Source of the DNA: Clostridia bacterium
GTDB taxonomy: Bacteria > Bacillota > Clostridia > Christensenellales > CAG-314
Direction: 5' to 3'
Length of the DNA: 11,981 bases
NCBI GenBank assembly: GCA_017500905.1
Contig: JAFVXX010000057.1
Coordinates: forward strand, 1-11,981
Each line of letters opens with the position of its first letter. The first letter of the stretch is position 1. This document shows, piece after piece, positions 7,470-11,981 of the stretch. The notes below the pieces were generated by a model that ran no database searches, was not told where the DNA came from, and saw only the letters and a list, made by a program, of their open reading frames with translations. Both the position numbers and the translations under genes were made by a program.

Positions 7470-7483
7470 CGTTGCTTGTAAAT

Positions 7484-8158
7484 TTATCTTCTTTTTTTCT
7501 TTTCAGACCGATAAACAAAATTTAGATTTCTTCTGCCGTTGGACGGAGCATTTAAGATGTTGTTTGTAAGTTTTGGGCTGATTACGACGTGGCGATTGTT
7601 CATCACGCCATCGCTTTCGGTCGACACGTACTTGCTGTCTTGCAAGGTTGTGTGAATAATTCGTCTTTCGTATGGGTTCATTGGCTCAAGCTTTACAGCC
7701 TTACCCGTACGCTTTACCTTTTGCTCTAAGTTTTTAGCAAGTTGAATAAGTGTTTTTTCTCTCTTTGCACGGTAGCCTTCGCTATCCAAAACAATGCGCT
7801 TAAAGCACTTTTTGCTGTTTAGTGCCAGGCTTGTAAGATATTGCAAAGCATCCAAAACCTCTCCACGGTAGCCAATTACGCCACCTTCCGTACCTACCAA
7901 ATTGATGTATACAGCGTCTTTATCCTCGCTCATTTCGACAACAGTCTTTGTGAATCCCATTTTTTCCAAAACGTTTTCTAAAAACTGCTTGGCTTGCTCG
8001 CCCTCGGTAAGCTTTTTGGTTACAACAACCTTGCATTGTTTCAAAAATCCACCTTGGCTTACAACTTCGGTTTCAACCTCATCAATGGTAAGTCCGCTTT
8101 TTTTCAAAGCGTTTTCTATAGCAACGTCAACCGTCTTGCCTGTTGCTTCTATTTTCAT
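7484..8158 (-). CDS. khpB: RNA-binding protein KhpB/Jag (Jag_N-KH-R3H), 224 aa
   Basis: Conserved position directly downstream of yidC (4-nt gap); KH-like GYRGEVLDALQYL and R3H region (LEPMNPYERRIIHTTL); basic C-terminal tail. Confidence 0.85.
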   Translation of the reverse strand: MKIEATGKTVDVAIENALKKSGLTIDEVETEVVSQGGFLKQCKVVVTKKLTEGEQAKQFLENVLEKMGFTKTVVEMSEDKDAVYINLVGTEGGVIGYRGEVLDALQYLTSLALNSKKCFKRIVLDSEGYRAKREKTLIQLAKNLEQKVKRTGKAVKLEPMNPYERRIIHTTLQDSKYVSTESDGVMNNRHVVISPKLTNNILNAPSNGRRNLNFVYRSEKKKRR

Positions 8159-8162
8159 TTTG

Positions 8163-9377
8163 TTACCTCTTGTAGCTTGCTTTTGAAGAACCTTCCTTCA
8201 ATTCTTCCTTGATCAGTTGTTTTTCAACCATTTTGTCAATTGGTTTTTTCAAAGCAACCGTAAACAATATACTTAGCGTGTAGTTGCATACCATATAAAC
8301 GGCAAACGCACCTGTGTACATAAATCCAAACACAGCCATCATTGCAGGCATCAAAAACATCATCATCTTGTTGGATTGTGCTTGTTGGTCGTTTTGAGGT
8401 ACAACCTGTCCGTCTTTTGTTTTGCGCTCCATCTTTTGCGTAATAAACATTGACGCAAAGGAAAGCAGCACTGAAAGCAGTGGCAAAATCATCAAGCCGT
8501 TCCATTTACCGGCTTCGCCACGTGTACCCGTTTTAAGTACTTCGTTTCTGATTAGATTGTACTCTCTTTCGGGGTTGTCCGAACCGATAGATACGGTTTT
8601 GCTAAACTTTTGGTACTCCGGCATTATGCTGTCCCAGGTGTCCGGTTGCCAAATGCTTTGCATCCACAAAAACTCTTCCTTGACTTGCTCGTCGTAGTAG
8701 CTTGCAATACCGTTGTAGGTGTTTGCGCTACCCTTTACCTCGGCTCCTTGGCTTGCAACCTTTACGCAGTAATCCTTCAACGTGCCTACAAACTCGCCGT
8801 CTGCAACCAACTTGTTGTATTGAACCTCAACTGCAGCATCCCCCTCGGCCTTTGTAAATTCGCTGTGGTAGTAGGTTTGCAATTGATTGTAGTTCATTAC
8901 GTTGTTGTAAGTTGCGTAGTTGTTTAGACCACCAAACATAAAGATGAATATTGCCATCGTAACAAGCATAGGCAAGCAGCTTGACAAGGTAGAAACACTT
9001 TGCTTTTTGTACAGCTTTTGCTTTTCCTCGTTGGCTTTTTGAGTGTTTGCACCGTACTTTTTGTCGATATTTTCAATCAGTGGTTGGATTTTTGCCATTT
9101 TGACGCTGTTTTTCTTGGTGGAGGTGCGTTGCCACAAATCAAAAGGAATCATGACAATTTTCAACGCCACAGTAAACACAACGACTGTCCAGCCGTAGCT
9201 TCCAATCCATTCGTGCATTGCCTTTACAAGCTTGCCCACAAGGTTTAGGTTGTCATTTCCTTTGGCAACGTAATCTTGCAGGTTTACCATTTCTTGCTTG
9301 TTGCAAGCAGTAAGTGCAAACAAACACAAAATCAAAAGAACGGTAAGTATAATTACCGATTGTCTTTTTTTATTCAT
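8163..9377 (-). CDS. yidC: Membrane protein insertase YidC/SpoIIIJ family, lipoprotein type, with expanded extracytoplasmic loop (404 aa)
   Basis: Signal peptide plus lipobox LTAC; the five YidC core TM segments; conserved FLW motif in the post-TM2 loop; GGAG RBS before the ATG at 9377. About 140 aa longer than SpoIIIJ/YidC2 because of insertions in the TM2-TM3 loop. Confidence 0.9.
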   Translation of the reverse strand: MNKKRQSVIILTVLLILCLFALTACNKQEMVNLQDYVAKGNDNLNLVGKLVKAMHEWIGSYGWTVVVFTVALKIVMIPFDLWQRTSTKKNSVKMAKIQPLIENIDKKYGANTQKANEEKQKLYKKQSVSTLSSCLPMLVTMAIFIFMFGGLNNYATYNNVMNYNQLQTYYHSEFTKAEGDAAVEVQYNKLVADGEFVGTLKDYCVKVASQGAEVKGSANTYNGIASYYDEQVKEEFLWMQSIWQPDTWDSIMPEYQKFSKTVSIGSDNPEREYNLIRNEVLKTGTRGEAGKWNGLMILPLLSVLLSFASMFITQKMERKTKDGQVVPQNDQQAQSNKMMMFLMPAMMAVFGFMYTGAFAVYMVCNYTLSILFTVALKKPIDKMVEKQLIKEELKEGSSKASYKR

Positions 9378-9386
9378 TGTTACTCC

Positions 9387-9629
9387 TTATAAAAACCATT
9401 TCCCTTTGCCTTTTTTGTTGTAGGGCACAGGGTCAAATCCCCCTTTGGAGCGGGGATTACATCTCAAAAGTCTTTTCAAAGTCAAAAAACTTGCAGTAAA
9501 AAAGTTGTAGCTTTGGTAGCACTCCATAGAGTACACCGAGCAGCTTGGTGCAAAAATGCAGCTTTTTCCCAACACCCTTGAAAGTGTTGCCTTGTATGCC
9601 TTCAACAGCAATATTGCCAACTTATTCAT
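9387..9629 (-). CDS. yidD: Membrane protein insertion efficiency factor YidD (80 aa)
   Basis: YidD/DUF37 signature (CIFAPSCSVYSMEC...LKRLLRCNPRSKGGFDPVP); 8-nt overlap with the rnpA 3-prime end, the usual rnpA-yidD-yidC arrangement. Confidence 0.85.
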   Translation of the reverse strand: MNKLAILLLKAYKATLSRVLGKSCIFAPSCSVYSMECYQSYNFFTASFLTLKRLLRCNPRSKGGFDPVPYNKKGKGKWFL

Positions 9630-9960
9630 TTACTACCAGTCCTGCTTTTTCAAAAAGATGGGTCAAGCTGGTTTGTACGTCGCAAAATTGGTAGGGTGGC
9701 ATCCTTCTTGGCACAACAACTACGTTGTAGTAGCTTTGAAGACGTGGCGCAATGTGCATGACAACGCTTTTCATTTGCCTGCGCAGCTTGTTGCGCTGCA
9801 CTGCACACCCGTATTTTTTGCTGACGGAAAAACCTACTTTGCTTTGCTTAACTTTGCTTTTGCAGTACAACAATATAAAAAACTTGTCGGATACCTTGTC
9901 CGAATGCTTGTAGACGTAGTTGTATTGATAGTTTTTTTTCAATCTGTAAATTGCCTGCAA
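9622..9960 (-). CDS. rnpA: Ribonuclease P protein component RnpA (112 aa, TTG start)
   Basis: Basic protein with the RNR-like motif KVGFSVSKKYGCAVQRNKLRRQMK; sits between rpmH and yidD; TTG start at 9960 with GGAG RBS 7 nt upstream. Confidence 0.85.
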   Translation of the reverse strand: MQAIYRLKKNYQYNYVYKHSDKVSDKFFILLYCKSKVKQSKVGFSVSKKYGCAVQRNKLRRQMKSVVMHIAPRLQSYYNVVVVPRRMPPYQFCDVQTSLTHLFEKAGLVVNE

Positions 9961-9975
9961 ATTTGTTCTCCTTTG

Positions 9976-10110
9976 TTAAGCAGAAAGCTTATGACGACCC
10001 TTGTTTCTTCTTCTTGCAAGTACTCTTCTGCCACCTGTAGACTTCATTCTTGCTCTGAATCCGTGTACCTTGCTTCTTTGTCTCTTTTTGGGTTGGTAAG
10101 TTCTTTTCAC
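9976..10110 (-). CDS. rpmH: 50S ribosomal protein L34 (44 aa, GTG start); absent from the ORF track
   Basis: Manual minus-strand translation gives (M)[43 protein letters not shown], a canonical L34. AGGAGG RBS 8 nt upstream of the GTG at 10110. Missed by the track because it is short and uses a non-ATG start. Confidence 0.9.
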   Translation of the reverse strand: MKRTYQPKKRQRSKVHGFRARMKSTGGRRVLARRRNKGRHKLSA

Positions 10111-10144
10111 TTTTTGTTCCTCCTATTAAAATGCGTAGTATCGC

Positions 10145-10172
10145 ATTATACTTTTTTTATGTTGACAACCAA
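10145..10172 (-). promoter_or_regulatory. rpmH promoter P2: -10 TATAAT (10150..10145) with a weak -35 TTGGTT at 16-nt spacing
   Basis: Perfect -10 hexamer about 35 nt upstream of rpmH; poor -35. Tandem rpmH promoters are known in B. subtilis. Confidence 0.35.
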
Positions 10173-10200
10173 TTGTAACAAAAAAAACGGCTGTAGTCAA
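10172..10200 (-). promoter_or_regulatory. rpmH operon promoter P1: -35 TTGACT (10200..10195), 17 nt, -10 TACAAT (10177..10172)
   Basis: Minus-strand hexamers with optimal spacing about 60 nt upstream of the rpmH GTG. Confidence 0.5.
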
Positions 10201-10307
10201 GTATTTAGTAGGCAACAGGCGGCAAAATTAGTTTTATTTTTAAACTTTTTTATTTTTATTTATAATAAAAACAAATCATTGCGCTAAAATCACACTCTTT
10301 AGTAAAT

Positions 10308-10340
10308 AAAAAAAAGGCGTATGCTTTTGCTGCATACGCC
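10308..10340 (-). terminator. Rho-independent terminator of dnaN
   Basis: Perfect 9-bp stem GGCGTATGC / GCATACGCC with a 7-nt loop, followed on the minus strand by T8; begins 12 nt after the dnaN stop. Confidence 0.85.
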
Positions 10341-10351
10341 AAAAGTAATTG

Positions 10352-11458
10352 TTAGTTGATTGTTTTTACAGGCAAAATAAAGTACAAAACCTCGTCGCTG
10401 TTGTTTACAGTCAGCACGCAGCTGTTGTGCAATGCAAATTGCATCTTAATTGCTTCGCAATCAAGCACCTTCAAGCAGTCGTTGATGTACTTTGCGTTGT
10501 AGCTGCATCTAAGGTCTCTGCCGTTTAGCGACACGGTTACCTCCTCCTTTGCCGTGCCGTATTCGCTGGTGGAGGAAATCTTCATTGCGTATTCCTCAAT
10601 ATCCAAAACAACAAGATTGTTTCTGTCGCCACGAGACATAATGGACGCTGTGTTTAGTGATTTTTCAAAGTTTTCCTTGTTGACGATTAGTGTTGTCAAA
10701 AAGTCCTTTGGAATCAAATTGTTGTAATTGATGTATTGTCCATTGGTAAGCAATCTTGCAATCAAGGTTGTGTTGGCAAGCCTTACCATCATGTTGTTTT
10801 TCTCTACGTAAATTTTTACTGTGTCGTCGCTGTCGGAAAGCAGCTTTGCAAGCTCGCTTAAGCTACGTGAAGGTACCGTTGCCGAAATCATATCAACGCT
10901 ATTTACAAGAGGCTTTTTTGCCATTGCAAGACGGTACCCGTCGGTTGCTACTGCCGATACGGTGGTACCCTTTGCTTCTACGTATACCCCCTTCAAAATT
11001 GGGCGTGCGTCGTCGGTTGCTACGGCAAACAAAACTCTGCTTACAAGCTCCTTCAAATCCCTTTCGACAACCTCAAAAAATTGCTCGTCCGATACAGCCT
11101 CGGTTTCGGGGTAGTTTTCGACGTCAAAGCATTGCATGCAGCACTCGCTGCCGGCGCTGCTTATTACAAGCTTAAGCTCGTCGTTTAGCTCCATCGAAAT
11201 TTCCGTTTCTGCTGCAATATTGCGGATGTATTCAGCAAACAGCTTGCCGGGAATCAAAAAAGAGCCCGCAACAACAACGTTGGCGTCAATAGTCTTTTCG
11301 ATTGCAAGGTCCTTGTCGGTTGCAAACAGCGTCAACGTGTCGTCTTGAGCAACAACCTTTAGGCACTCCAGCGTTTGAGAAACGTCTCTTACAGGCAAAG
11401 CCTTACTTACTTTACTGATTGCATCGTGTAGATCCAAACCGTTTACAATAATTTTCAT
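10352..11458 (-). CDS. dnaN: DNA polymerase III beta sliding clamp DnaN (368 aa)
   Basis: Full-length collinear similarity to beta clamps (MKIIVNGLDL... ends ILPVKTIN). ATG at 11458 with AAGGAG RBS 6 nt upstream; the ORF-track N-terminal extension to 11566 lacks an RBS and reads into the promoter. Confidence 0.9.
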   Translation of the reverse strand: MKIIVNGLDLHDAISKVSKALPVRDVSQTLECLKVVAQDDTLTLFATDKDLAIEKTIDANVVVAGSFLIPGKLFAEYIRNIAAETEISMELNDELKLVISSAGSECCMQCFDVENYPETEAVSDEQFFEVVERDLKELVSRVLFAVATDDARPILKGVYVEAKGTTVSAVATDGYRLAMAKKPLVNSVDMISATVPSRSLSELAKLLSDSDDTVKIYVEKNNMMVRLANTTLIARLLTNGQYINYNNLIPKDFLTTLIVNKENFEKSLNTASIMSRGDRNNLVVLDIEEYAMKISSTSEYGTAKEEVTVSLNGRDLRCSYNAKYINDCLKVLDCEAIKMQFALHNSCVLTVNNSDEVLYFILPVKTIN

Positions 11459-11517
11459 AACTGTCTCCTTGGGATGTGATTGATAAGTGTAATATAAAGG
11501 TAGCCGTGGTAGTAGGC

Positions 11518-11546
11518 ATTGTAGATTTGTTGAAAACCTTGTGCAA
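11518..11546 (-). promoter_or_regulatory. Candidate dnaN promoter: -35 TTGCAC (11546..11541), 17 nt, -10 TACAAT (11523..11518)
   Basis: Minus-strand hexamers with 17-nt spacing about 60 nt upstream of the dnaN ATG. Confidence 0.45.
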
Positions 11547-11635
11547 ATTACGCAAAAACACCTCAAATTGTGTTTAAAAACTCAAAATTTACACAAAATG
11601 TTGTGTTATGTGTAAAATAGGTTTAGTGTAAGCAT

Positions 11636-11644
11636 TGTGGATAA
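11636..11644 (-). promoter_or_regulatory. Perfect DnaA box TTATCCACA (plus strand reads TGTGGATAA)
   Basis: Exact 9-mer consensus; the only perfect copy seen in the window. Weaker relatives (2-3 mismatches) lie at about 11476..11484, 11569..11577, 11589..11597 and 11609..11617. Confidence 0.6.
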
Positions 11645-11740
11645 AACAAAAAGTTGTCTACAATTGCTTGTTAAAAAGCTGAGATTGGTAAAGGTTTGCA
11701 ATCAAATTACCTACTAAATAATTATAACACAATCTGCAAA

Positions 11741-11860
11741 AAAACACAATAAAAAGGTGTAATATTGTAAATTAAAAAATATAAAATGTTTAATTAAAAA
11801 AATAGGCTTGCAAAATTTTGTAAAAATAAGTATAATATAAAAAAATACAATCAAGGAAAT
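11741..11860. other. AT-rich (about 85-88 percent AT) candidate DNA unwinding element of oriC
   Basis: Extreme local AT richness between the DnaA box and the dnaA start, with the gene-orientation switch occurring in this intergenic region. Confidence 0.45.
11808..11836 (+). promoter_or_regulatory. Sigma-A-type promoter for dnaA: -35 TTGCAA (11808..11813), 17-nt spacer, -10 TATAAT (11831..11836)
   Basis: Consensus hexamers with optimal spacing inside an AT-rich region about 35 nt upstream of the dnaA start. Confidence 0.6.
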
Positions 11861-11869
11861 TTTACTACA

Positions 11870-11981
11870 TTGCTAAACTTAAATCAAATTTGGAACAACG
11901 TATTAATGGAAACCGAGCCCAAAGTGCCTACTTTGGTTTATGATGCGTACATAAAATCACTGTCACCTGTTGGTATTTACA
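11870..11981 (+). CDS. dnaA: Chromosomal replication initiator DnaA, N-terminal fragment (runs off the window end)
   Basis: Translation (M/L)LNLNQIWNNVLMETEPKVPTLVYDAYIKSLSPVGIY matches DnaA domain I (compare B. subtilis [30 protein letters not shown]). TTG at 11870 with AAGGA about 12 nt upstream; an in-frame ATG at 11906 is the alternative start. Consensus promoter just upstream. Confidence 0.75.
   Translation, partial: MLNLNQIWNNVLMETEPKVPTLVYDAYIKSLSPVGIY

Noticed and set aside
10162-10167. Perfect TTGACA on the plus strand in the rpmH-dnaN spacer
   Set aside because: No acceptable -10 element lies 16-18 nt downstream on the plus strand. Its reverse complement overlaps the rpmH promoter region instead.
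9556-10287. 243-aa plus-strand ORF
   Set aside because: It runs antisense across yidD, rnpA and rpmH and on into the AT-rich promoter region, and its translation is low-complexity. This is an artefact.
10756-11348. Plus-strand ORFs (139, 97, 70 aa) inside dnaN
   Set aside because: They are antisense to dnaN and give Arg/Ser-rich low-complexity translations.
1-11981. CRISPR arrays, IS elements, integrases, rRNA or tRNA genes
   Set aside because: No regularly spaced repeats, transposase or integrase-like ORFs, or rRNA/tRNA signatures were seen. The repeats present are short, degenerate and confined to par-flanking spacers.

Overview
This window is the origin-proximal core of a Gram-positive (Firmicutes-type) bacterial chromosome. 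The Firmicutes call rests on YidC carrying a lipoprotein signal peptide, plus a strong leading-strand compositional bias. Twelve genes run head-to-tail on the minus strand: parB, parA, an SPFH/flotillin-like membrane protein in the place where noc usually sits, rsmG, mnmG, mnmE, jag/khpB, yidC, yidD, rnpA, rpmH and dnaN. The first 37 codons of dnaA start on the plus strand at 11870. The strand switch falls at 11459..11869, which also holds a perfect DnaA box (11636..11644), an AT-rich stretch of about 85-88 percent AT, and a consensus sigma-A promoter for dnaA, so this is the probable oriC. Unusual points are as follows. First, dnaN is monocistronic and divergent from dnaA, lying between rpmH and dnaA. 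Second, a family of related short motifs (tandem AATTRGT followed by a G-run, the 14-bp palindrome GGGGTACGTACCCC, and 17-bp identical cores AATGGTACCCCATCAAT) sits upstream of parA, upstream of parB, and twice downstream of parB; I could not find a canonical parS. Third, a 640-bp gene-free region at the left edge contains G7/G8 homopolymer tracts, three copies of TTGTCTAA each beside a G-run, six copies of AAATTGC and phased A-tracts. Fourth, YidC carries an extracytoplasmic loop insertion of about 140 aa. No mobile elements, CRISPR arrays or stable RNA genes were seen.
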